NCBI GenBank assembly: GCA_963829955.1
Contig: CAWHKS010000004.1
Span: 4,402 to 68,401 of the forward strand
DNA length: 64,000 nt
Source of the DNA: an uncultured Acidimicrobiales bacterium
GTDB taxonomy: Bacteria > Actinomycetota > Acidimicrobiia > Acidimicrobiales > Ilumatobacteraceae
Reading direction: 5' to 3'
Shown piece after piece: positions 45,270 through 53,970 of the stretch. Under the pieces are notes generated by a model. That model did no database searches and was not told the DNA's origin. It saw nothing but the letters and a program-made list of their open reading frames with translations. Position 1 is the first letter of the stretch, and every line of letters begins with the position of its first letter. Position numbers and translations under genes: made by a program.

Positions 45270-46049
45270 GTGCCCTCACCACCACGCATCTTCGCTGTGG
45301 CCAACCAGAAGGGCGGCGTGGGCAAGACCACCACGGCCGTCAACCTGGGGGCCTCGCTCGCCCACCTCGGTCATCGAACACTGGTCGTCGACCTGGATCC
45401 GCAGGGCAACGCCACCACCGGCCTGGGCCTCGACACCAGGAACATCGAACACTCGATGTATGACGTGATCATGCACGAACTGCCGCTCGAGGACTGCGTC
45501 GAACCGACGTCGGTGAAGCACCTCTTCGTGGCGCCCGCCAGTCTGGACCTGGCCGGCGCCGAGATCGAGCTCGTGCCCGCCTTCAGCCGCGAGTTGCGCC
45601 TCCGCCGGGCGCTCGAGGCGGTCAAGGACGACTACGAGTTCTTCCTCATCGACTGCCCGCCCTCGCTCGGCCTCCTCACCGTGAACGGCCTGGCCGCGGC
45701 CAGCGAGGTGCTCGTCCCCATCCAGTGCGAGTACTACGCCCTCGAGGGCCTGGGTCAGTTGCTGCGCAACGTCGACCTCGTCCGCCGCAGCCTCAACCCC
45801 ACGCTGGAGGTGTCCACCATCGTGCTCGTGATGTACGACGCCCGGACCAAGTTGTCGGACCAGGTCGTCGCCGAGGTCCGCGAGCACTTCGGCGAGAAGG
45901 TCTGCCGGACGATCATCCCGCGGACCGTGCGCCTGTCCGAGGCGCCCTCCTACGGTCAACCCATCATCGCCTTCGATGCCGGCTCCCGTGGAGCCATCGC
46001 CTACTCGGAGCTCGCCAAGGAGGTGAGCGATGGCCACCGCGCGGCGTAG
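45270..46049 (+). CDS. parA: Chromosome partitioning ATPase ParA/Soj
   Basis: GTG 45270 has AAGGAGAAGG 10 nt upstream. VPSPPRIFAVANQKGGVGKTTTAVNLG (deviant Walker A) ...LIDCPPSLG...IPRTVRLSEAPSYGQP. The track ORF begins at 45174. Confidence 0.93.
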   Translation: MPSPPRIFAVANQKGGVGKTTTAVNLGASLAHLGHRTLVVDLDPQGNATTGLGLDTRNIEHSMYDVIMHELPLEDCVEPTSVKHLFVAPASLDLAGAEIELVPAFSRELRLRRALEAVKDDYEFFLIDCPPSLGLLTVNGLAAASEVLVPIQCEYYALEGLGQLLRNVDLVRRSLNPTLEVSTIVLVMYDARTKLSDQVVAEVREHFGEKVCRTIIPRTVRLSEAPSYGQPIIAFDAGSRGAIAYSELAKEVSDGHRAA

Positions 46050-46944
46050 CGGGCTGGGGAAGGGCCTGGCCTCCCTGATCCCTCCCGGGGCCAACGACAC
46101 CGATGGGATCGACGATGCCCTCCGCGAGGTGTCGGTGACCTCGATCGCCCCCAACCCGGGCCAGCCGCGGGCACAGTTCGACGAGGAGTCGCTGAGCGAG
46201 CTGACCACTTCGATCCGGGCGCTGGGCGTCCTGCAGCCGATTCTCGTGCGCGAGCTCGACAACGACCAGTACCAGCTGATCGCTGGCGAGCGGCGCTGGC
46301 GGGCCGCCCGCCGGGCCGGGCTCACCACCATCCCTGCCATCATCCGCCGGGCCGACGACCGGGGGGTTGCAGAACAGGCACTGGTCGAGAACGTCCAACG
46401 GCAGGACCTCACGGCCCTCGAGGAGGCCGCGGCCTTCCAGGGGCTGATCGAGGACTTCGGCCTGACCCACGAAGAGGTGGCGTCCCGGGTCGGCAAGAGC
46501 CGATCCACCGTGACCAACACTGTCCGCCTGCTCCAGCTGCCCCCAGCCGTGCAGCGCATGGTCGCCGAGGGACAGCTCACGGCCGGCCACGCGCGGGCGC
46601 TGCTGGCCACCCCGGACCGGGCCTTCCAGGAGCAGCTCGCCCGGCGGGCGGTCGAGGAGCACTGGACCGTGCGCGAGACCGAGGACGCCGTGCGGGCGCG
46701 GCCCGAGGAGGACGCCGAGACCGGCGCCGGCGCTGCGGGTACCCGCGCCGTAGCGGACCTCCCAGCACTGCGACCGCCGGGGCTCCTCGAGTTGGAATCG
46801 CTCCTCGCCGATTACCTCAACACGAGGGTGAGCATCACCATGCGCGGGGCCAGGGGAAAGGTTGCTATTGAGTTCGCCACGCTCGAAGATCTTGAGCGAC
46901 TCTATCGCATGATCACCGAGACGAACGAACATACGTTCGAATAG
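46030..46944 (+). CDS. parB: Chromosome partitioning protein ParB/Spo0J
   Basis: Intact 304 aa. GLGKGLASLIP...IAPNPGQPRAQFDEESLSELTTSIRALGVLQPILVR...YQLIAGERRWRAA...VENVQRQDL...GKSRSTVTNTVRLL. Confidence 0.95.
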   Translation: MATARRSGLGKGLASLIPPGANDTDGIDDALREVSVTSIAPNPGQPRAQFDEESLSELTTSIRALGVLQPILVRELDNDQYQLIAGERRWRAARRAGLTTIPAIIRRADDRGVAEQALVENVQRQDLTALEEAAAFQGLIEDFGLTHEEVASRVGKSRSTVTNTVRLLQLPPAVQRMVAEGQLTAGHARALLATPDRAFQEQLARRAVEEHWTVRETEDAVRARPEEDAETGAGAAGTRAVADLPALRPPGLLELESLLADYLNTRVSITMRGARGKVAIEFATLEDLERLYRMITETNEHTFE

Positions 46945-47034
46945 GTGCCGCCAAAATCGGAATAACGTCCAAGTTCAGGGTCATGCACAACTGGGTACAA
47001 CCCTGTGGATAAACCCTCGACCCTCAATGATGTT

Positions 47035-48024
47035 TCAACCGCGATCGAGGCTGACAGGTGCCGCCACCCATCGGGCGAGGGCACGGGCGACGGCCGCAGC
47101 GACGGCCGGGCTCTCGTCGACGACGGGGCGAGTCGGCCCCAGCTCGAGCAGGACGGCGGGCATCTTCGTCTCCCGGAGCACGGGCAGCCGCATCCCCAGT
47201 GGCGCGGCGACCGGGACCGGCAGCACCGGCGTCAACTCGGCGTGGAGTTGCTCGGCCAGCTGATGACCACCGAGGGACTCGAAGTCGGCCGTGGCGTAGA
47301 AGGCGATGCGGCCGGCCTCCGCGGTGGTCAGCCCGAGATAGACGTCGGCCCGGAAGCGGTTGGCGGCCGCAGCCTGGCGGGCGCCGTCGGGTTCCTCGAG
47401 CACGAGCACGCTCGACCCGGCGACCCGCAGTGCCCGCGCGAGCGTGCGGGCCAGCGCAGACAGACCGCCGAGTTGGCCCACGACGACGCGACGCCCGAGC
47501 AGCGTGCGCTCACCATGGCTGAGCCGCTCGTATTCGCGCACCATGTGCACGGCAGGCCCGGGGACCGCGCGCCCGGATAAGCGTCGCAGTGCCTGCACGG
47601 TGTCCGCCCCGCAGATGCCGTCGGCGGGCGTCAGCTCCACGTTGCCCTGGAACTCGGCGAGTGCCGCGGCGGTGTTCGGGCCGAAGATGCCATCGACCCG
47701 ACCGGGGTCGAAGCCCAGTCGGCCGAGCTGGCGTTGAAGATCGGCCACGTCGTCGCCACGCAGGTTGGGGACGCGCAGGTAGAGCGTGCGGTCACCGAGC
47801 TCCCAGCTCGCTTCCACCAGCGCCATCCAGGTGACGCGGTCGCAGACGCCGTCGGCGGGCAATCCGCGCGCCTTCTGGAACGCGGACACGCTGGCCTGGG
47901 TCTCCTGGCCGTAGTGGCCCCAGTCGGCGGGCGCCGGGGCGAAGCCGGCCGCGATCAAGCGGCGCTGGAGATCTCTGACCGCTTCGCCTTGCTGGCCCCG
48001 CTCGAGCGGCAGGGACGTAGTCAC
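47035..48024 (-). CDS. CwlM-like protein: two PG_binding_1 domains + degenerate Amidase_3 domain, no signal peptide
   Basis: GEAVRDLQRRLIAAGF...ETQASVSAFQKARGLPADGVCD and DDVADLQRQLGRLGFDPGRVDGIFGPNTAAALAEFQ (PG-binding repeats). The amidase-like part reads VVVGQLGG (where GHGG is expected) and YLGLTT (where SxH is expected) ...LRETKMPAVLLELG. Adjacent to trxA/trxB, as cwlM is in mycobacteria. Confidence 0.8.
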   Translation of the reverse strand: MTTSLPLERGQQGEAVRDLQRRLIAAGFAPAPADWGHYGQETQASVSAFQKARGLPADGVCDRVTWMALVEASWELGDRTLYLRVPNLRGDDVADLQRQLGRLGFDPGRVDGIFGPNTAAALAEFQGNVELTPADGICGADTVQALRRLSGRAVPGPAVHMVREYERLSHGERTLLGRRVVVGQLGGLSALARTLARALRVAGSSVLVLEEPDGARQAAAANRFRADVYLGLTTAEAGRIAFYATADFESLGGHQLAEQLHAELTPVLPVPVAAPLGMRLPVLRETKMPAVLLELGPTRPVVDESPAVAAAVARALARWVAAPVSLDRG

Positions 48025-48073
48025 CGAGAGGCCCCCGCGCGCGGCGGGGCGACGTGGAGCTCGCTCCGCTCGC

Positions 48074-48412
48074 TCAGAGCGCAGCGGGCAGGAATTCGCT
48101 CAGCTCCTGCAGGAGCGCGCTCTTGGGCTTGGCGCCGACGAGCCGCTTGGCCACTTCGCCGTCCTTGAACACCAGCAGGGTCGGGATGCTCATGACGTTG
48201 TACCGCATGGCCAGGTCCGGGTTCTCGTCCACGTTGAGCTTGGCGACCGACAACTTGCCGTCCTGCTCGGCGGCCAGCTCCTCGAGGATGGGCGCGATCA
48301 TCTTGCAGGGCCCGCACCACTCGGCCCAGAAGTCGACCACCACAGGGGTGTCGCTGGCGCCGACGATCTCGTCGAACGTCGAGGTGGTGAGGGTCTGGAT
48401 CCCGTGAGCCAT
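48074..48412 (-). CDS. trxA: Thioredoxin
   Basis: Intact 112 aa. [18 protein letters not shown]...[11 protein letters not shown]. Confidence 0.95.
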   Translation of the reverse strand: MAHGIQTLTTSTFDEIVGASDTPVVVDFWAEWCGPCKMIAPILEELAAEQDGKLSVAKLNVDENPDLAMRYNVMSIPTLLVFKDGEVAKRLVGAKPKSALLQELSEFLPAAL

Positions 48413-48503
48413 CAGGAGAGCTTCCTTTCGCGAGCAAGCGTAGCGAGGAGTTCAACCTCGGCTCCTGACCGGCTATTCCGGTCCATCCGCCCGGGCGGTG
48501 GCG

Positions 48504-49481
48504 TCAGCCGTGGCGGCTGGCTTCCAACCAGCGCTCGGCGTCGATGGCCGCCATACAGCCGGAACCGGCCGCGGTGATGGCCTGGCGGTAGGTGTGGTCC
48601 TGGACGTCGCCGCAGGCGAACACACCCTCGACGTTCGTGTAGCTCGAGCCGGGCTGGGTGACGAGGTAGCCGGCGTCGTCCATGTCGAGCAGACCCTTGA
48701 ACAAGTCGGTGTTCGGGCGGTGGCCGATGGCCACGAACAGCCCGGAGACCGCCAGCACCGACGTCTCGCCGGTCCGGACGTTCTCCACCTGGGCGCCCTC
48801 GAGCGACTCCGCGCCGAGCAGGTCCGTCACCACGGTGTCCCACAGGAACGTGATCCGCTCGTTGGCGAAGGCCCGCTCCTGCATGATCTTCGAGGCGCGC
48901 AGCGCGTCGCGCCGGTGGATGACCGTCACCTTCGTCGCGAACTTGGTGAGGAACAGGGCCTCCTCGAGCGCGGAATCCCCGCCGCCCACGACCGCGATCT
49001 CCTGGCCGCGGAAGAAGAACCCGTCGCACGTGGCACACGTCGACAGTCCGTGGCCCAGCAGCCGCGCCTCCGCGTCCAACCCCAGCATGAGCGACTGCGC
49101 TCCGGTCGACACGATGACCGCGTCGGACCGGTAGGTGTCCTCGCCCACCCAGATCGTGAATGGGCGGGCGGAGAGATCAACCGCGGTGACCTTGGCCGTG
49201 AGGTACTCGGCACCGAAGCGCTGGGCCTGCTCCCGGAACCGCACCATCAGGTCCGGTCCCATGATCCCCTCGGGGAAGCCGGGATAGTTCTCGACGTCGG
49301 TGGTCAGCATGAGCTGGCCACCGGGCTGATCGGACGTGGACGACGGTTCGCCCTCGATGACGAGGGGCGAGAGGTTGGCGCGAGCGGCGTAGACCGCCGC
49401 GGTCAGCCCCGCCGGGCCCGATCCGATGATGATGACGTCCCGCACGCCCTCGGCCGGACCGTCGCCACCTTGTGCTGTCAA
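48504..49481 (-). CDS. trxB: Thioredoxin-disulfide reductase
   Basis: Intact 325 aa. VIIIGSGPAGLTAAVYAARA, GLSTCATCDGFFF (redox CxxC), VVGGGDSALEEA, FACGDV. Confidence 0.95.
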   Translation of the reverse strand: MTAQGGDGPAEGVRDVIIIGSGPAGLTAAVYAARANLSPLVIEGEPSSTSDQPGGQLMLTTDVENYPGFPEGIMGPDLMVRFREQAQRFGAEYLTAKVTAVDLSARPFTIWVGEDTYRSDAVIVSTGAQSLMLGLDAEARLLGHGLSTCATCDGFFFRGQEIAVVGGGDSALEEALFLTKFATKVTVIHRRDALRASKIMQERAFANERITFLWDTVVTDLLGAESLEGAQVENVRTGETSVLAVSGLFVAIGHRPNTDLFKGLLDMDDAGYLVTQPGSSYTNVEGVFACGDVQDHTYRQAITAAGSGCMAAIDAERWLEASRHG

Positions 49482-49482
49482 C

Positions 49483-49809
49483 TCATGTGCCTTCCAGGTC
49501 GCGGGTAGCGCTCGACGCTCCCTTCAGCATCAAGAACGCGCCGAGGGCCAGGAAGATTCCGGCCGTGATCAAGAAGGCGATCCATGACTCGCCGGTCAGC
49601 TCGGTGAGGGCACGGATGAGCACGACGCTGAGCAGGACCAGGGCGGTGATCGCGCCGGCGAGGGCGATGATCCCGAACACCAGCCCGCGCACGACGGTGA
49701 GGGCCGGGCGGGTAGTCCGGTCGCGGACGGTGGACACGACGCGGTCGATCTGATCCGTGATCTGCGCGGCCCAGTCCCTGGTGGGTTCGACGGGCATGAG
49801 CGGGGACAT
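49483..49809 (-). CDS. Membrane protein of unknown function (two TM helices)
   Basis: Intact 108 aa. ...RPALTVVRGLVFGIIALAGAITALVLLSVVLIRALTELTGESWIAFLITAGIFLALGAFLMLKG. The stop abuts the trxB start (1-nt spacer). Confidence 0.6.
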   Translation of the reverse strand: MSPLMPVEPTRDWAAQITDQIDRVVSTVRDRTTRPALTVVRGLVFGIIALAGAITALVLLSVVLIRALTELTGESWIAFLITAGIFLALGAFLMLKGASSATRDLEGT

Positions 49810-49863
49810 TACCTCTCGCCCTGCATAGCCCTGCCGTCCGGTCCCGGACGGGCGCCGGATGAC

Positions 49864-50811
49864 CTACGCGTTCGCGGGATCGACCTTCACCAGCACGGCG
49901 CAGGTGGCCTGATCCAGGAACGCCAGCCGGTTGCCGTCGGGCGCGGTCTCGATGATGACGACGTAGGCCGGCGTGCCCTGGAACGTGGCCGTGGCGACCG
50001 GCGGCGGGTAGTCGGCGCAGGGACCGTCGCCGGCGGCGGCGAGGGTGTCCACGAAGGTGAATGCCTCCGTGGCGGCACGGGCCTCCCGGCGGTTGGCCAG
50101 CGGTCCGAGGTCCGGGAGTGCCCCGCCGGTCGCCGCACCCGGGCTCGACCCCGGCGGGGCGGCGCTGGTCGCCGCGTCCTCGGTGGCCGCCGCGGGCGCC
50201 TCGGTCGACGGTGCTTCGGACCCTGCGGCGGCTGGCGTGGTCGTCTCGGCCGGGGCGGCATCAGCCGCGGCGGTGCGGGCGGCGGTGGTGTCCGCAGCCC
50301 CGCCTCCCGCGTTGGCTTCGAGGGTGGCTGTCTCCGCGGCGGCCCCATCGGCGGTGTCGACGTCGCTGCTGCCGGGGCCGCGTGTCACGACGAGGGCGAG
50401 GAGGCCCACAGCCGCCGCCGCGGCCAGGCCGCCGGCCACGATGCGCACGAGCCGGGTGGAACGCTGGCGGCGCGCGGCATCGAGCGATGACACCGTGCCG
50501 GCGGCGGCGCCCGCGCTCACGCCGGTGATGATGCCGGCTGCGGGGAGTGCGGCCGCGGCCGCGGCCAGCACCGCCTCCCGGCGGTCGTCGGTGAGCGGCG
50601 CGACCGGAGAGGCCACGGCGTCGCTCACGGTCCGCAGCTCGGCGACGAGCGCCATCAGTGCGTCGTCGGCTTCGACCCGGGCGCGCTCGTCCGGTCCGAG
50701 CTCGCCGTCCAGGTAGCCGGAGGCGAGCTCGTCTGGGGTCAGCTCGTCGCCGGCTCCGGCGCGCTCGTCGGACGGCCCGGAGGGCCCGCGGGGAGGCGTC
50801 ACGTCGGTCAT
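49864..50811 (-). CDS. Anti-sigma factor (single-pass, non-zinc type) with Ala/Thr-rich spacer and small extracytoplasmic domain
   Basis: The ATG overlaps the sigma stop (ATGA). LASGYLDGELGPDERARVEADDALMALVAELRTV resembles an anti-sigma N-terminal helix without the H/C zinc ligands. TM helix: LVRIVAGGLAAAAAVGLLALVV. Confidence 0.6.
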   Translation of the reverse strand: MTDVTPPRGPSGPSDERAGAGDELTPDELASGYLDGELGPDERARVEADDALMALVAELRTVSDAVASPVAPLTDDRREAVLAAAAAALPAAGIITGVSAGAAAGTVSSLDAARRQRSTRLVRIVAGGLAAAAAVGLLALVVTRGPGSSDVDTADGAAAETATLEANAGGGAADTTAARTAAADAAPAETTTPAAAGSEAPSTEAPAAATEDAATSAAPPGSSPGAATGGALPDLGPLANRREARAATEAFTFVDTLAAAGDGPCADYPPPVATATFQGTPAYVVIIETAPDGNRLAFLDQATCAVLVKVDPANA

Positions 50812-51413
50812 GGGCGCTCTCTTGGACGTCGGGCGGAGGCCCCCGAGTTCCCGTGGGAGCTCCCATCGGGGTCGCCGAGGAGCGCGGCGAGCGCGGCGCG
50901 GCCCCGGGCGATGCGGGAGCGCACGGTGCCCAGCGGCACGTCGAGCACCTCAGCGATCTGGGCGTAGTCCATGCCCTGGACGTCCCGGAGCACCACGGCA
51001 ACGCGGAACTCCTCCGGGATCCGGGCCAGCGCGCCGTCGATGGACAGGCGATCGGTCACCGCGCTGTCCAGGCCGGGGGCGTCACCCGGGCGATCGAAGG
51101 TCTCGGTGCCGGTCGCCACCGGCCGCCGACCGCGGCGACGCAACTCGTCCAGGCAGGCGTTGGTGGCGACCCGGTACATCCACGTCCGCACGGAGGCCCG
51201 CTCGTCGAAGCGGGGGAGCCCGCGGACGATGGCGATCAACGCCTCCTGCGTGGCGTCGGCGGCATCGGCGGGGTTTCCGGCGATGCGGGCACACACGGCA
51301 TGGATCATGTCGACGTGGCGCCGAAGCAGCTGGTCGAGCGCACCGCGGTCACCTTCGCGGGCGGCGGCGACGAGCTGACCGTCGCTGGCCCCCTCCGTGA
51401 TCTCGCGGCCCAT
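50808..51413 (-). CDS. ECF-type RNA polymerase sigma factor (SigM-like by position)
   Basis: MGREITEG...LVAAAREGDRGALDQLLRRH...DAADATQEALIAIVRGLPRFDERASVRTWMYRVATNACLDELRRR (region 2). ...EFRVAVVLRDVQGMDYAQIAEVLDVPLGTVRSRIARGR (region 4). ATG 51413 lies 2 nt after the kinase stop. Confidence 0.9.
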   Translation of the reverse strand: MGREITEGASDGQLVAAAREGDRGALDQLLRRHVDMIHAVCARIAGNPADAADATQEALIAIVRGLPRFDERASVRTWMYRVATNACLDELRRRGRRPVATGTETFDRPGDAPGLDSAVTDRLSIDGALARIPEEFRVAVVLRDVQGMDYAQIAEVLDVPLGTVRSRIARGRAALAALLGDPDGSSHGNSGASARRPRERP

Positions 51414-51415
51414 CG

Positions 51416-53032
51416 TCAACCGTCGGGCTCGATGGCGAGCTCGCCGACCGCACCCTGGTACGGGTTGGTGGAGCAGGCGTCGGACGGGGCGAGCTGGGTC
51501 AGCCACACCAGCACGTACCGGCCGTCGGAGTCGCCGAGGGAGAACGTGGCCGCGCCGGGGTCGTCGCTGCCGTGCTGGTCGACGGGGTCACCCCAGTCCT
51601 CCCTGCTCGCGCCGGGGGAGGTGCCGGTGTAGATCGACGCTCGCCAGGGGCCACGCGGCCATTGCACCGCCAACCGCTGCCCCGCGACCGGGCCGGAGAG
51701 GCCGAGCACCAGGCCGATCCCGCTCTTGGGATAGAGGTAGCGGGACTCGTAGCACACCGTCGTCCATGCCGTGGTGGGATCCCCGTCGGTCAGCGCGGCC
51801 AGCGAGGTCGGGTTCTCGACCCCGTCCCCCGGCGGCGGATCCAGCTCCTGGACGGCTTGGATGGTGACGGGACCGGGCTGCGCGGAGCCCAGCTCGCCGA
51901 GCGTGGCCGGCACGGAGCCCAGGGTCCCTCCGGATTCGGTGATGACGTCGGGTCCCTGCGGCTGGGCCGACGCGGCCCCGCCCTCGTCGCGCGACGCCCA
52001 GGCCACGGCCCCGACGCCAACCGCCGCCGCGGCGGCCAGGCCGATGATCGCCGCCCGCGCCCGGCCCCGCACCGGGACCCCAGGACCCGTGTCTTCATCG
52101 GCCGGTCGGCCCACGCGGGCCGTTCCGCCCCGGCCGGGCGGGGGAAGGGGGAGGGGAGGCAGGGTGGCGTCGTCGCGACCGTCGGCCGCCTGCACCAGCA
52201 GCTCCCGGGCGGCCGCCGCGGTCGGTGGGCGGTCCTCGGGCCGGCGGGCCAGGAGGCGCGACACCGCGTCGGCGACAACGCCAGGGACCTCGGGGCGGGA
52301 ACGGCGGATCGGGGCCGGGTCGCGCTGCAGGCGGGCGATGGCGATGGCGCCGTCCGTGGTGCCGGTGAACGGGGGCTTGCCGGTGAGGCACTCGTACAGC
52401 ACGAGCCCCAACGAGTAGAGGTCGGCCCGGCCGTCGAGCGGGAAGCCGAGCACCTGCTCGGGCGACAGGTACTTGGCCGTGCCCATCATCACGTTCTCGG
52501 CCGTCAGGTCCTCGTGACTGCGCTCCACGGCCTTGGCGATGCCGAAGTCCGTGAGCTTCACGCGGCCCTCGGGCGTCACGAGGACGTTGCCCGGCTTGAC
52601 GTCCCGGTGGACGAGACCGGCCTGATGAGCGTGGTCGAGCGCGGCGGCCACCGCTCGCCCGATCACGAGCGTCTCGTCGATGCCCAGCCGCCCGGACTCG
52701 TCCAGGAGGTTGCGCAGTGAGCGCCCGGGGACCAGCTCCATGACCACCGCAGCCCGGCCCTCGGCCTCGATGGTGTCGTAGATGCTGACGATGTACGGGT
52801 GGTTCAGCCCGGCGGCGGAGATGGCCTCTCGCCGGAAGCGCTCTACCACGACGGGGTCGTCGGCCAGGGATGCCTTGAGCAGCTTGATCGCGACCTGGCG
52901 ATCGAGCGTTGTGTCGGTGGCCACCCACACCTCGCTCATGCCGCCGTGAGCAAGTCGCCGATCGAGACGGTACCGCTTGGCGAGAAGCGTCGGGTGGGCG
53001 GCCCCGGCCGGAGGCGGAGCGGTCGTGGCCAC
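51416..53032 (-). CDS. Hanks-type Ser/Thr protein kinase, single TM, about 190-aa extracellular C-terminal domain
   Basis: Intact 538 aa. HGGMSEVWVA (G-loop), VAIKLL, HRDVKPGNVL, DFGIAK and GTAKYLSPEQ show all catalytic motifs present. TM helix: AAIIGLAAAAAVGVGAVAWA. The C-terminal domain reads ...DGDPTTAWTTVCYESRYLYPKSGIGLVLGL...RYVLVWLTQLAP... Confidence 0.92.
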   Translation of the reverse strand: MATTAPPPAGAAHPTLLAKRYRLDRRLAHGGMSEVWVATDTTLDRQVAIKLLKASLADDPVVVERFRREAISAAGLNHPYIVSIYDTIEAEGRAAVVMELVPGRSLRNLLDESGRLGIDETLVIGRAVAAALDHAHQAGLVHRDVKPGNVLVTPEGRVKLTDFGIAKAVERSHEDLTAENVMMGTAKYLSPEQVLGFPLDGRADLYSLGLVLYECLTGKPPFTGTTDGAIAIARLQRDPAPIRRSRPEVPGVVADAVSRLLARRPEDRPPTAAAARELLVQAADGRDDATLPPLPLPPPGRGGTARVGRPADEDTGPGVPVRGRARAAIIGLAAAAAVGVGAVAWASRDEGGAASAQPQGPDVITESGGTLGSVPATLGELGSAQPGPVTIQAVQELDPPPGDGVENPTSLAALTDGDPTTAWTTVCYESRYLYPKSGIGLVLGLSGPVAGQRLAVQWPRGPWRASIYTGTSPGASREDWGDPVDQHGSDDPGAATFSLGDSDGRYVLVWLTQLAPSDACSTNPYQGAVGELAIEPDG

Positions 53033-53126
53033 CGGACGACGACCCTAGTGGAGGGGTCCTGCACCAGCCGGGCATGCCCTGGGTCGTCGGCGCCCTGGGC
53101 GCCACGGGGACCGGGGTCGGCGGCAG

Positions 53127-53966
53127 TCAGGCCAGCTTGGTCTGGTACGCCACGCCGATGGCGCCCGGCCCGCAGTGCGCGCCGATGACGGCGCCGATGT
53201 CCGTCACCATCAGCGGCCCGGGGGCGAGCGGCGCGAGCTGGGCCACGAAGTCGTCCACGTCCGGTGTCTCGGCGTGGAGAACGGCGAGCGCCTCGAGCGG
53301 TCCGGCCGCCGCGACCCGGTCGACCAGGCTGCGCATGGCCTTCGTGCGCGTGCGCTGGCGGCCACCCTCCTCGACCCGACCATCGCGGATCTGGATGATG
53401 GGCTTGATGGCGAGCGCCGAGGCCAGCAGCGCCCTGGCGCCCCCGATCCGGCCGCCTCGCCGGAGGTGGTCCAGGTCGTCGAGGACGCCCCAGAGATGGG
53501 TGCGGCCAGCCAGGTCCCGGACCAACGCGGACACCTCGTCGGGTCCTCCGCCGTCGCGGGCGCGACGTGCGGCGGCGGCGGCGATCATCCCCTGGCCCGT
53601 GCTGGCCGAGCGGGAGTCGACCACCTCGACCGTGAGCTTCCCGGCGCACGTCCGGGCCGCGAGCTGCGCGCTCTGCATCGCGCCCGAGAGGAGCTGCGAC
53701 AGCGACACGACCACGATGCTGTCGGCGCCCGCCTCGGCCAGGCTCCGATAGGCCTGCTCGAACTGACCGGGGGCGGGCGCCGCGGTCTCGGGGAGCACGG
53801 GCGACGCCGCGCAGCGGGCCCAGAACTCGGCTGGGGTCAGGTCCAACCGGTCGACCAGCTCGTCGCCGCCGAAGCGGACCGTCAGCGGGACGATGCGGAT
53901 GCCGAGGTCGTCGGCCAGCGCCTGCGGCAGGTCACAGGCGGAATCGGTCACGATGCCGACGGTCAT
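53127..53966 (-). CDS. DegV family fatty-acid-binding protein
   Basis: Intact 279 aa. VGIVTDSACDLP...IVPLTV.F...TAAPAPGQF...SLSQLLSGAMQSA...VDSRSASTGQG...HCGPGAIGVAY. Confidence 0.9.
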   Translation of the reverse strand: MTVGIVTDSACDLPQALADDLGIRIVPLTVRFGGDELVDRLDLTPAEFWARCAASPVLPETAAPAPGQFEQAYRSLAEAGADSIVVVSLSQLLSGAMQSAQLAARTCAGKLTVEVVDSRSASTGQGMIAAAAARRARDGGGPDEVSALVRDLAGRTHLWGVLDDLDHLRRGGRIGGARALLASALAIKPIIQIRDGRVEEGGRQRTRTKAMRSLVDRVAAAGPLEALAVLHAETPDVDDFVAQLAPLAPGPLMVTDIGAVIGAHCGPGAIGVAYQTKLA

Positions 53967-53970
53967 GCCT

